From IMG/VR virus record IMGVR_UViG_3300023202_000247, positions 62,001-126,000 of that record: a stretch of 64,000 bases of DNA; one strand, given 5' to 3'. The notes beneath the pieces were generated by a model. That model did not search any database. It was not told where the DNA came from and was given only the letters and a program-made list of their open reading frames with translations. Position numbers and translations under genes: made by a program. Below, in pieces: positions 55,147 to 64,000 of this stretch (its first letter is position 1; each line of letters opens with the position of its first letter).

Positions 55147-57549
55147 ATGTCATTTAAATATCAAGTTACTAAAATCAGCGATAATCATTATGTATTGGAA
55201 AAGATGAAAGATATGAAATGCGATGTACATGCATATCTTTCAGAAAAGCTATATAATCTCTCAGAAGAGGGATTGTGGACTCAAGCATATAATTCTGCAT
55301 CACACGAAGGTGTAAAGGGTGTGTACCTAATGCCTGACTGTTTGTCTGATGATACTGAGGTTTTAACGCCGCAAGGATTTACAAAAATATCAGAATTGTC
55401 TTCAGATACAAAAATTGCAAATGTTATAATCACGGATAAGGGTGCTCAAGGGGTTTATTGGAAAGAGCCAAAAGTAATTATACATAGAGAATTAAGAGAA
55501 AATGAAAGGGTTTTCTCACACACTTTTCAAAGATTAAACAAAAGTATTTTAACAACAGAAGGGCATAGGCACCCTTTTACTGTTAATGAATGTACAACTG
55601 ATATTATCAGCAAAGAAATGCCTAAAGAAGCCTTCGTTAAAAATTTTATTTGGTATGGAAATGATTCTGAAACTCGTCAGCGTATAAAACTTACAGATGA
55701 TGAAATAAAACTTATTACATGGATTGTTGGCGATGGAAATATAACACATAATAAAAATAACGCTAATAAAAGAATTAGGTTTGGGTTCAAAAAAATTAGA
55801 AAAATTCAGCGAGTAACTTTTCTTCTTAATGAAATTGGTCTAAATTATACTGTTTGTAAGTCTGACAAACAAACTGAAATTTATATAAACACAAGCTCTA
55901 GTCAAAAATTTATTGATATTGTTGGAGATAATAAAGAATATCCAAAGAATTGGATATCTGATTTGAATCAGAATCAAGCATCTATGATGATAGATGAAAT
56001 GCTAATGATAGATGGAGACTGGGAAAATCATAATAAAATGGGCAGTAGTGTCATATATACATCTAGAAAAACTGATGCTGATTTTATCAGCAGCGTTGTT
56101 TCTAAGTATATTGGGTGTGCAAACATTAAGTTTGATGAAAAAAGATATGATAATGGATGCTGGAAGATATCTATAATTAAAGGTGAAAATCTGCAAAAGT
56201 CATCTAAAAATGGTTTACATAATACTAAAGTTATAACCAATGTATCTAGCTATACAGGAAAGGTTGTTTGCATTACCTGCGACTCTGGGTATTTTATAGC
56301 TCGTCAAAATGGACTTACGTTTGTAACTGGTAATTGCCACCTCGGCTATGGCATTCCAGTTGGTGGTGTTGTTGTTACAGATGACGTTATCATTCAGGCT
56401 GGATCTGGATATGATATCTCGTGCGGTGTAGTGTATATGAAAGTTCCGAAGTTGCATGCTTCGGACATTGCAAGTTGGCAAAAGCGAGAGAGCTGGGTGC
56501 GTGAAGTATCCAAGCGTATTGCTTTGGGCGTTGGCTCTCATCGTCCGAGTAAGATGAAAGAGTTTCAATCTAAAGATACTCATGAAATCTTGCGTCACGG
56601 AGCAAAGGCAATCGGAATCAATTCTGACTTTTGTGAGCGACAGTTCATTCCGATTCGTGGCAACATCGACTTTGAAAAGATTGAAAAGGCTTGGGGCAAA
56701 GCTACTGGTCAGCTTGGATCGGTTGGTGGTGGCAATCATTTCGTAGAAATGCAAGTCGATGAAAATGATGGAAGTGTTTGGGTAATGATCCATTGCGGTT
56801 CTCGTGGTTATGGTTGGCAAACAGCTAATCATTTCTTTTACGAGGGCGCAAAGCATCGTGGCCTTCCCATGAATAGAAGAGAGTCCAGTTGGCTTCGTAT
56901 CGACGAGGATCTTGGCAAAGAATATTGGGCTTACCATAACAGTGCTGCAAACTATGCGGTGGCTAATCGTCACATCATCGTAGAGGGCATTCAGGAAGCT
57001 TTGCGCAAGGTTTGGAAAACTGAAGGCGAGCTTTACTACGAAATCAGTCACAACCTCGTTCAAGAGGAAACGTTGGTATTACCTGATGGTTCGCATACCA
57101 AAGGTTTCGTTCATCGTAAAGGAGCGACGAGAGCTTTTCCAGCTGGGCATCCCGATCTCATCGGAACCAAGTGGGAGAAGACTGGTCATCCATGTCTAAT
57201 TCCGGGCAGTATGTATGACGGAGCTGCAATCCTTTTTCCATTGGAAGGTGCTTATCAAACCGCGTGCTCAGTGAATCATGGTTCAGGTCGCCTCATGGCT
57301 AGAGGTCAGGCAAAGAAAAAGCTAAAGCCCAAGCAGCAGTTTATCGATGACCAGATGCGCACAGTGAAGCGTAAGCTGGGCGGCATCGAAGTCAGAGGTA
57401 TCGTAGGTAATACCAAGAAAACTCCACTTGATGAATGCGGTCACGTTTACAAGAATTTGGATGATGTGCTTGGAGTTCTAGAAGACGAAGGTATTGCAAA
57501 GGTAAAGCATAGACTGTACCCAGTTGCAAACCTAAAGGGTACCGACTGA
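55147..57549 (+). CDS. rtcB: RtcB RNA ligase interrupted by an intein
   Basis: MPD/CHLGYGIPVGG, GYDISCGV, GGGNHF, HCGSRG, SHN, HRKGAT, PGSM, HGSGR, YKNL. Confidence 0.95.
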   Translation: MSFKYQVTKISDNHYVLEKMKDMKCDVHAYLSEKLYNLSEEGLWTQAYNSASHEGVKGVYLMPDCLSDDTEVLTPQGFTKISELSSDTKIANVIITDKGAQGVYWKEPKVIIHRELRENERVFSHTFQRLNKSILTTEGHRHPFTVNECTTDIISKEMPKEAFVKNFIWYGNDSETRQRIKLTDDEIKLITWIVGDGNITHNKNNANKRIRFGFKKIRKIQRVTFLLNEIGLNYTVCKSDKQTEIYINTSSSQKFIDIVGDNKEYPKNWISDLNQNQASMMIDEMLMIDGDWENHNKMGSSVIYTSRKTDADFISSVVSKYIGCANIKFDEKRYDNGCWKISIIKGENLQKSSKNGLHNTKVITNVSSYTGKVVCITCDSGYFIARQNGLTFVTGNCHLGYGIPVGGVVVTDDVIIQAGSGYDISCGVVYMKVPKLHASDIASWQKRESWVREVSKRIALGVGSHRPSKMKEFQSKDTHEILRHGAKAIGINSDFCERQFIPIRGNIDFEKIEKAWGKATGQLGSVGGGNHFVEMQVDENDGSVWVMIHCGSRGYGWQTANHFFYEGAKHRGLPMNRRESSWLRIDEDLGKEYWAYHNSAANYAVANRHIIVEGIQEALRKVWKTEGELYYEISHNLVQEETLVLPDGSHTKGFVHRKGATRAFPAGHPDLIGTKWEKTGHPCLIPGSMYDGAAILFPLEGAYQTACSVNHGSGRLMARGQAKKKLKPKQQFIDDQMRTVKRKLGGIEVRGIVGNTKKTPLDECGHVYKNLDDVLGVLEDEGIAKVKHRLYPVANLKGTD
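55339..56334 (+). mobile_element. intein (332 aa) with LAGLIDADG-type endonuclease
   Basis: C1 CLSDDTEVLT, TTEGHRH, WIVGDG and MIDGD, FVTGN/C; AT-richer than exteins. Confidence 0.92.
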
Positions 57550-57584
57550 TCCCTAAGGTCTCACCCCTAAGTTGCCGAAAATGT

Positions 57585-57612
57585 TTGACAAACGAGGGTG
57601 GTGGGTTAGACT
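57585..57612 (+). promoter_or_regulatory. sigma70-like promoter overlapped by a long hairpin
   Basis: TTGACA N16 TAGACT; agggtggtggg / cccaccaccct arms. Confidence 0.55.
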
Positions 57613-57657
57613 GTCTCTGTAAGACGGGTCTGTGACCCCACCACCCTAAGGACTGAG

Positions 57658-58059
57658 ATGCGAAATCTAGACGCCGAGCAACTTAAGGAACTTTGCGAAA
57701 GTAACCCAGCACTGCGCGAGGAATTTACTCGAGCCATCAAGACTCGAATTGAAACGTACGAGAGTCTTCTCTCAACTATTCAGAAAAAAGAGACTGTCGT
57801 CTCCAAGACAAAGCCAAAAGTAACGAAACCCGTTGATAACAAGTTGACACATGCTCAAGCTGTGCTAGCTATTCTTGGCGATCATCCCAGCGGTCTTACT
57901 CCGAAGCAGATGATGGATAAAGCTAAACAGTATAACCATCACTTCTCCAATAGCATTTATGCAACGCTCGGTTCCATGAAACATCATGGTCGAGTGAAGG
58001 TTATCAAAGGCAGACAGCAGCGGTACAATCGTTACGCACTTGCAACCTCCACCAAGTAA
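57658..58059 (+). CDS. winged-helix DNA-binding protein
   Basis: AVLAILGDHPSGLTPKQM..IYATLGSM..GRV..RYAL. Confidence 0.6.
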   Translation: MRNLDAEQLKELCESNPALREEFTRAIKTRIETYESLLSTIQKKETVVSKTKPKVTKPVDNKLTHAQAVLAILGDHPSGLTPKQMMDKAKQYNHHFSNSIYATLGSMKHHGRVKVIKGRQQRYNRYALATSTK

Positions 58060-58065
58060 CACGAG

Positions 58066-58091
58066 AAAAGCCGGGATCTTCCCGGCTTTTT
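58066..58091 (+). terminator. Rho-independent terminator
   Basis: aaaagccggga-tct-tcccggcttttt. Confidence 0.8.
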
Positions 58092-58094
58092 GCT

Positions 58095-58391
58095 TTGAAC
58101 ACAATGAAACATTTTGAAGATATATGGAATGCAGCTGAAGATATAGCTGCACAAGAAGAGTTGGGTAACCTGCAACGATATGAAGTCGTTGCAAAAATGA
58201 TGGTAGCCCTTGACAAATGCTCTTCCAATGGCAATAGTGAAGGGACACATGATGCACTTGGTGAAATTTTATTTCAACTATGTGCTTTGACTAGGAGTTA
58301 TAATGCAAACTCTGCCCTCGCACTCAAGATGGCCATTGAAAAACACAAGCAGGAGCTTTTGGATCCTGACGATCCTGACACTCCTGACTAG
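58095..58391 (+). CDS. MazG-like all-alpha protein
   Basis: DALGEILFQLCAL...ALKMAIEK. Confidence 0.45.
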   Translation: MNTMKHFEDIWNAAEDIAAQEELGNLQRYEVVAKMMVALDKCSSNGNSEGTHDALGEILFQLCALTRSYNANSALALKMAIEKHKQELLDPDDPDTPD

Positions 58392-58926
58392 TACAGCTTT
58401 TGCGTCGGATGAAAAAGCTCTGGGACATATGCCTCCACTTCCATCCGAACAGTTAAAGCAACCGATTTACATCAGTGAGTGCGGGCTGCGTATCAGAGAG
58501 TGGCGTGGCACCGTAATGAATGCAGAACGTCTTTCCAGGGTTAAAAAGCTTTGCACATTGGCTGTGAACAAGTTTTACCCATTTGCTCAGCTAATGGGAT
58601 TGCAAATTCACAACGAGTCAAAGTTCTCGTTTGATATTGCATTCATTCCAGATAATTCTGATTATCGTGGAATAAATGATACCAAATATCGTTTTTTTTA
58701 TCGTAGTTCCAAAAATGTTTGGGGCTATACTAGTAGGACGAATCAATTCATTTTTACAATTTCGAGCGTTTTAATATCAGAAATGTCATTTGTTTTGCCT
58801 CATGAAATGTTTCATGCATTGAGCATGCATCATGGAATTTTTGACGCACACTCTGATGATATTGAGGATTGTATTAAAATTGATGAACAATATGCTCTTG
58901 CTTTTGAAAAATATGTCAGACAATAA
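58303..58926 (+). CDS. secreted zincin-like metallopeptidase
   Basis: signal-like hydrophobic stretch; HEMFH ... E. Confidence 0.6.
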   Translation: MQTLPSHSRWPLKNTSRSFWILTILTLLTSTAFASDEKALGHMPPLPSEQLKQPIYISECGLRIREWRGTVMNAERLSRVKKLCTLAVNKFYPFAQLMGLQIHNESKFSFDIAFIPDNSDYRGINDTKYRFFYRSSKNVWGYTSRTNQFIFTISSVLISEMSFVLPHEMFHALSMHHGIFDAHSDDIEDCIKIDEQYALAFEKYVRQ

Positions 58927-58940
58927 TTTGGCATACTATT

Positions 58941-59294
58941 ATGATTCGCAAGGCGTTACATTTTGCAAATAGGTTCGAGAAGCTTGCTAGTGCTGAGCTG
59001 ATAAAAGATATACTCAAACGTAATATGCGCATACTACTTCTCAATAGTGGTATGCAAACCAATGAGTTTAGAGTTACACCGGACCAAATTGAGGCAATTA
59101 TACCTGGAAATGCGCCACCTTACACAGTAATGTTGCGTTTAACAGGTGCAACTCTACCAGATGATCCCGCTACACGAGCGTATGCTGTACGCGCATTGCG
59201 CGACAATGCGGAGAATTTGTTGAGAAATAAAATGCCTGGATATGATATCACGGTTGATATCGATGAAGGTAGTAGAGTAAAACCTCTTTCGTGA
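58941..59294 (+). CDS. hypothetical protein
   Basis: ORF track. Confidence 0.65.
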   Translation: MIRKALHFANRFEKLASAELIKDILKRNMRILLLNSGMQTNEFRVTPDQIEAIIPGNAPPYTVMLRLTGATLPDDPATRAYAVRALRDNAENLLRNKMPGYDITVDIDEGSRVKPLS

Positions 59295-59321
59295 AGAGCG
59301 ATTGGGGTTTAACACCCCTTT

Positions 59322-59780
59322 TTACCCCGCCTTTTCCGATTTTTCTTTGTTGCGGGCGCGATACTCTTTCATTTTCTCTTTATACGCTTTCATGCAACGT
59401 GCACAACGGCAATTGTGTTTGCGATACATCCAGTATGTGCCATGGCGCGGCTTCGGAGTGGAAAAATCCCAACTTTCTTTGGACTTTGCTTTATGACAGT
59501 CTGCGCAAAGCAGTTGAACCTTTTTTAATTCTTTTTTCACCTCAGCATCAGACACTGAGTGTACATCGCTCATTCTAATCTTTTTATTCTTTCTATTCTT
59601 ATGATCAATGTGAAGGTTTTTCTTAGAGCCACAGCGAGAACACTTGCCTCCCAACTCTTTGATTACTTGGTCACGCTTCGTTCTATATCGATTTGCCATG
59701 TACTCACGAAAATACTCATTACGATCCGTAGCTTCGGCAAAAAGCGTTGCTAATTTTAGTACAAGATCATAACGAGACAT
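59322..59780 (-). CDS. HNH endonuclease
   Basis: CSRCG..LHIDH..QLLCADCH; HG..Y..CRC..C. Confidence 0.85.
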   Translation of the reverse strand: MSRYDLVLKLATLFAEATDRNEYFREYMANRYRTKRDQVIKELGGKCSRCGSKKNLHIDHKNRKNKKIRMSDVHSVSDAEVKKELKKVQLLCADCHKAKSKESWDFSTPKPRHGTYWMYRKHNCRCARCMKAYKEKMKEYRARNKEKSEKAG

Positions 59781-60235
59781 TATTTCGAAGCCCTCTTCAA
59801 AAGATATACATGGACTTCATGATTGTTTGCAATAGCCATTATCATATCATCTAGGCCCAATGTCATCGTATCATTCTTTTTCAATGCATCATAAGTTTTT
59901 TCGCTCAACTTTAAAAATGCTTGTTCCGCCATCAAACTTCTTTCCAGTAAATTTTCATAGCGGTTTTCAAATGTTTGAACGATGGAACTTTGCAAATCTT
60001 CTTTAGAGTCTAGTTCGTCAAAGACTCCCAAACATTTTTCCGCTGCCTCATCAACACTGCCACTCGTTGCCTCATATATTCTTTGAAACAAAAGATGATT
60101 CGCGTAATAACTTTCACCTTGAGCCTTCCAGTGTGCATCTTGATGTATCCTATACAATGCTCGCAAAAAAGCTACGTATGTGCTCATTATTTCAACAGAA
60201 TCTGAAACTGCCATTCTTATCATAGATATATACAT
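59780..60235 (-). CDS. ferritin/Dps-like protein
   Basis: HQDAHW..G..YYANHLLFQRIYE..DEAAEK..HVYLL. Confidence 0.8.
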   Translation of the reverse strand: MYISMIRMAVSDSVEIMSTYVAFLRALYRIHQDAHWKAQGESYYANHLLFQRIYEATSGSVDEAAEKCLGVFDELDSKEDLQSSIVQTFENRYENLLERSLMAEQAFLKLSEKTYDALKKNDTMTLGLDDMIMAIANNHEVHVYLLKRASK

Positions 60236-60252
60236 AAATATTAGAATGAATT

Positions 60253-60996
60253 ATGAAAAACAGAAATCTAAATATCCCTGTAAAAACAGGAGCAACTGTT
60301 ACCGTTGTTGGTGACATTCACGAACATCCCGATCAATTTTTTGAAATGATTGACCGGGTCAAACCCAGCAAAAAAAACATATTTGTCTCTGTTGGAGATG
60401 TTTATGACAAGGGTTATGGAACATCTACTGCTAATAAAATCTTAGCAGAGATGAAAAAATTATCAGAAAATGGTGTTGGTTTCATGGTAAAAGGCAACCA
60501 TGAACTAAAAAGATTGAAAAGAACAAGCAAAAAAGATTTTGATGAATATCTTCATTGGGTAAATAAGTTACCACTTGCCTTGTCGTTTTCGTTCAACAAT
60601 GGGAAAAGATTAACAGTTGTTCATGGTGGCATACTTCCCAAACACAATTGGAATGATTTAGTAGGTAATACTGATATTGTTTATGTTCGCAAGGTAGACG
60701 AATATGGTAATTATATAAAACTCAAATGGGTCAAGGATGATGACGGAACGAAACACCTAGAATACGCGAAGCCTGGTGTGTATTGGCATGAAAAATATGA
60801 TGGCCGGTTCGGGTACATTGCGTCCGGCCATGAGCCACAAAAGGATGGTGAGCCCAAGTGGTTCGAACATTCGTGCAACCTGGACACCGCATGCTATGAT
60901 ACTGGCGTACTTTGTGCCCAGGTTTTCAACGAGCGCGGGCGTGGAGAGCTAATAAAAATTCATGGAAAGGCTTGTTCTACTTATCCTGTTTACTAG
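60253..60996 (+). CDS. calcineurin-like metallophosphoesterase
   Basis: GDIH, GDVYDKG, GNHE, HGG, GH, LDT. Confidence 0.9.
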   Translation: MKNRNLNIPVKTGATVTVVGDIHEHPDQFFEMIDRVKPSKKNIFVSVGDVYDKGYGTSTANKILAEMKKLSENGVGFMVKGNHELKRLKRTSKKDFDEYLHWVNKLPLALSFSFNNGKRLTVVHGGILPKHNWNDLVGNTDIVYVRKVDEYGNYIKLKWVKDDDGTKHLEYAKPGVYWHEKYDGRFGYIASGHEPQKDGEPKWFEHSCNLDTACYDTGVLCAQVFNERGRGELIKIHGKACSTYPVY

Positions 60997-61912
60997 ACTT
61001 TCTAGCAGCCCTTTTCTTTTTAGTTTTTGGAGGATCGCACTCTTCCGGGCAAACAACGGAATCTATAACAGCGCTGATATCTTCAATTTTCATTTTTGAT
61101 CTAGAACCATCAGCGTTACGTGGAGCGCCACCAACAGTGCTACTGCCACCCCAGCCAGACTCCAACTTGTTCAACTCGGCATAAATTGTTTCTAATGAAA
61201 AGTTATCAATGAAGTCTGATCGTTTACCGATTGTAACTGCTGTAGACCCATCTTCCAGAGGTCTTATGATTGCAACTTTATCAAACTGTTGCCACACTTT
61301 GCTAAGCACATGAGGGTCGGTACTTTCTAGTAAAGCCCAGCCACGTTCATTTCGAAGAATTTTGAACTCACCGTGCTCGGGTTGTTTGGAAACCTCTATA
61401 CTAGAATCACCGTTAGCATACATTGTAATTCTATGTAGAATTGATTCTAGAATTGGTTTGAGTCCTTCATTTGATAACTTTTCATAGTCACCATTCCTTT
61501 TACTATCTGTTTCTGGTGCACAAACCCACTCAACTATCTTTTTCATTCCATTGATTTCTAGTGCGCCAACATATCTGTCACCTTTACCTATAGCAGTAAT
61601 TAACTTTTCAACTAGTGGTTCTTTACATCTATCTGGATATTTCAAACACCATATAGCTGCGCAAACATCAGCATCAACATCATTACAATAAGCAGTATAT
61701 AAACTAGGATCTAGTCCCAATTGTATTGCTGTCCAAGCTTGTTCACATGCACTTAAAGTTGGAAAGCGTAAACATCCGGCATGATGATCGAATGAATACT
61801 TGTGATTTTGCGTATCGATTGCTGGCCCTTGAACAAAACCATCCAGAGCTATCGAATACTCTGGTAGTTCCTTGAGCGCCATTACTTTGCCTCTTTCGAT
61901 AACGATATCCAT
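60977..61912 (-). CDS. DHH-like phosphoesterase
   Basis: ALDG, FDHH, DVDAD, GWGG..GG motifs. Confidence 0.55.
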   Translation of the reverse strand: MDIVIERGKVMALKELPEYSIALDGFVQGPAIDTQNHKYSFDHHAGCLRFPTLSACEQAWTAIQLGLDPSLYTAYCNDVDADVCAAIWCLKYPDRCKEPLVEKLITAIGKGDRYVGALEINGMKKIVEWVCAPETDSKRNGDYEKLSNEGLKPILESILHRITMYANGDSSIEVSKQPEHGEFKILRNERGWALLESTDPHVLSKVWQQFDKVAIIRPLEDGSTAVTIGKRSDFIDNFSLETIYAELNKLESGWGGSSTVGGAPRNADGSRSKMKIEDISAVIDSVVCPEECDPPKTKKKRAARKSSKQDK

Positions 61913-61992
61913 AATTAACCTCGCTTCTCAAACAGAATGTCCCGCGAATTTGCGCGGGACGACATGAGAAATCATAATCTTGGTTCTTCTGT

Positions 61993-62286
61993 ATGTCAAA
62001 AAACACCAAGCTCTACGTGATATTTTTTTTAAAGTCACTCGGCTTGATTATTTTAATCCTAAGCCCGTTTCTTTCGTTTTGGCTAACCAACCTCGGGCCA
62101 GAGGTTGAAAGTGAAATATTCATTGACGTAGGCTGCCTTTTCATCATTGGAGGTCTTCTCTTTCGCACGGGTGACGGTTTGAGTGACGAAAAACACAACC
62201 AAGACATTTTGAATCCAGCATTTTGGTTCGTACTTGCATCTGTTTGCATTGCAACCATTTTAGCATTTCACTACTTTTTGATTTAA
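61993..62286 (+). CDS. small membrane protein (3 TM)
   Basis: three hydrophobic segments. Confidence 0.6.
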   Translation: MSKNTKLYVIFFLKSLGLIILILSPFLSFWLTNLGPEVESEIFIDVGCLFIIGGLLFRTGDGLSDEKHNQDILNPAFWFVLASVCIATILAFHYFLI

Positions 62287-62523
62287 AATTTCACACAAAC
62301 TCGACACCCAAAAAGATTCGAGATAAAAATTGTCGAGTTGGTCTTCGATATAGATCGTCCACGCATGGAGATGGTGAATGGTGAATGGTTTAGATCCTCT
62401 ACTAAGTAATAGCTGAGTAACAGTACTAGATCAGATCACTAGATCATGATCTATAGACATACTTTAGTATGGCAGTTTTTCGCAAATAGTTTTTTATGCG
62501 AATGTTTTCAGGATGTTTTGTAA

Positions 62524-62856
62524 GTGAGCGAAAATATTGACAAAATCTACGATTTGCCGCCAGATGTCGAGAAATATCTCGAAACCGTTGATGATGGTAC
62601 ATCCGTAACTTTAGATGGGTTGATGGAGCTTTTACAAGCTATAATTAGTAAATCTAGTCTTGATAAAGAACGTGTGAAAATAATAACTAGATTATTTTTT
62701 CAAGAAATGAGAACCGCACTTCTTCGAGGCGAGACTATTAGCATAAAAAAACTTGGTAAGTTCAAGGTATATAATCCAAACGATGGCTCTTCAAAGAAGA
62801 GAGTGTTTCTCAAATTTAAACCATCCCCGCAAATCATAAAGGATATAAATGGATGA
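62524..62856 (+). CDS. HU/IHF-like DNA-binding protein
   Basis: ALLRGETISIKKLGKF..NP..FKPS. Confidence 0.75.
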   Translation: MSENIDKIYDLPPDVEKYLETVDDGTSVTLDGLMELLQAIISKSSLDKERVKIITRLFFQEMRTALLRGETISIKKLGKFKVYNPNDGSSKKRVFLKFKPSPQIIKDING

Positions 62857-63094
62857 TATCAGACAGGCTAAAAGCAAAGACATTGCAAACTATGTTGTCA
62901 TTTATAAGATACTTGGTATACATCGAGAGCTGAGTATAAAATGCATGGAAGAACTTCATAGAAGAGAACAAGCTGGTGATGATTTTGATTACACGGCGTA
63001 TATAAATAAAGAGGTAGAAAAAAGTCCGAAGTCACAAATGTCAGACAAAGATAAAAACATTCTACTGGGAATGTTTAAGATGAGTTTCAAATGA
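62849..63094 (+). CDS. hypothetical protein
   Basis: ORF track. Confidence 0.6.
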   Translation: MDDIRQAKSKDIANYVVIYKILGIHRELSIKCMEELHRREQAGDDFDYTAYINKEVEKSPKSQMSDKDKNILLGMFKMSFK

Positions 63095-63588
63095 ACGAAG
63101 CGGATAGTTTAAAGAAAGAGTTGTGTAAAAGAATATTTAACAACCTTGGATTGATACCAAACAACTTCGGTATCGTTGGTATATCATTACCAGAATTTTA
63201 TAGCAAAAAGCCGGTACAAACTGAAGTTGATGGAGAAATTATTACAAATGAAACTTTTGTTGCTACAATTTCATTTGGAAATAAATATGTCATAGGTGTA
63301 ACTAACTTGGGGACACATGATGAACCAGAGTTAACTATGATAATGGAACAGGTTGATTCTGGTATGTTCGGATTCAAACTAGAATACATTGATGACGATG
63401 TTCGTTGTTTGATGGGTCAGCTGCGTGATGGTATTTGGACCGAATTATCACTTACCCATCAACTCAACATGACAATATTTTTCGAAACTATTACAGCTGA
63501 GGGAAAGCTCTGGGAACCTGAGCCGGGTGCGAGTGGGGCGATGCACAAATTGTTGACAGGTGCTCTCGAGCATGATATGTTCGGTTGA
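63091..63588 (+). CDS. hypothetical protein
   Basis: ATGA-coupled. Confidence 0.65.
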   Translation: MNEADSLKKELCKRIFNNLGLIPNNFGIVGISLPEFYSKKPVQTEVDGEIITNETFVATISFGNKYVIGVTNLGTHDEPELTMIMEQVDSGMFGFKLEYIDDDVRCLMGQLRDGIWTELSLTHQLNMTIFFETITAEGKLWEPEPGASGAMHKLLTGALEHDMFG

Positions 63589-63811
63589 AGCGCTCTACGA
63601 GAAAATAATGAAGCTTTATATTCTAACGCGCATCCCGCTAACTACGTTAGAAAATGGTATTGGAGATATCGTATTAGATGAATTGATTGAAGCAGTTACG
63701 ATGCTATCATCAATCATAGTTGACGACGAACAAATAGCAGCTCGACTCATGGAGTCGAATGATAACCTCAAACATGTTTACGAACTAACAATAGAAAAAA
63801 AGAATGTCTGA
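63560..63811 (+). CDS. hypothetical protein
   Basis: ORF track (start probably ATG 63608). Confidence 0.5.
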   Translation: MLSSMICSVEALYEKIMKLYILTRIPLTTLENGIGDIVLDELIEAVTMLSSIIVDDEQIAARLMESNDNLKHVYELTIEKKNV

Positions 63812-64000
63812 TATTAGTACCTTCATATCAAACTACATCGCACAATGTGCAAAAAATGGTAAGTCAGCCTTACTCGAAATCTTCGCAGAAGCGAAGGCTG
63901 AGATTGCTGAAATTGACAAAAAACTTCACGATGCTGATGCTCTAAGAATTAGACGCTCTAATTTGCTCAAACTATTGGGTGAGCTGGGTGATGATTCGAT

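Noticed and set aside
57623-57636. gacgggtctgtgac as an inverted end matching 55060-55075, making rtcB a mobile unit
   Set aside because: Only 11 exact nt, part of a local hairpin, no target duplication or recombinase.
385-58257. Numerous short minus-strand ORFs and alternative genetic code
   Set aside because: They shadow well-supported + strand genes; conserved genes are intact under code 11 and all three stop codons end genes.

Overview
AT-rich, densely coding, almost entirely + strand segment of a large (jumbo/huge) bacteriophage genome, standard genetic code. It carries accessory and nucleic-acid-metabolism genes: SF1 helicase, NAD-dependent DNA ligase, intein-split AAA ATPase and RtcB, two ATP-dependent RNA ligases, Thg1-like protein, CCA-adding enzyme, TilS with a tRNA-Ile2(CAT), an ArfA-like peptide, LemA/TPM, macro, Nudix and cell-wall enzymes. 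Most notable: (1) an AsCas12f1-like protein with RuvC-I Asp changed to Asn (predicted nuclease-dead), followed by an HTH gene, a promoter, a ~210-nt pseudoknotted RNA and a degenerate array of type V-like repeats that recur at distant sites; (2) a 259-aa gene followed by two tandem circularly permuted tRNA-like (Y RNA/YrlA-like) modules; (3) ten near-identical HREDGPA-repeat paralogues with hypervariable positions, in three loci; (4) orphan CasPhi-like repeats. Family assignments come from motif recognition and memory, not database searches.
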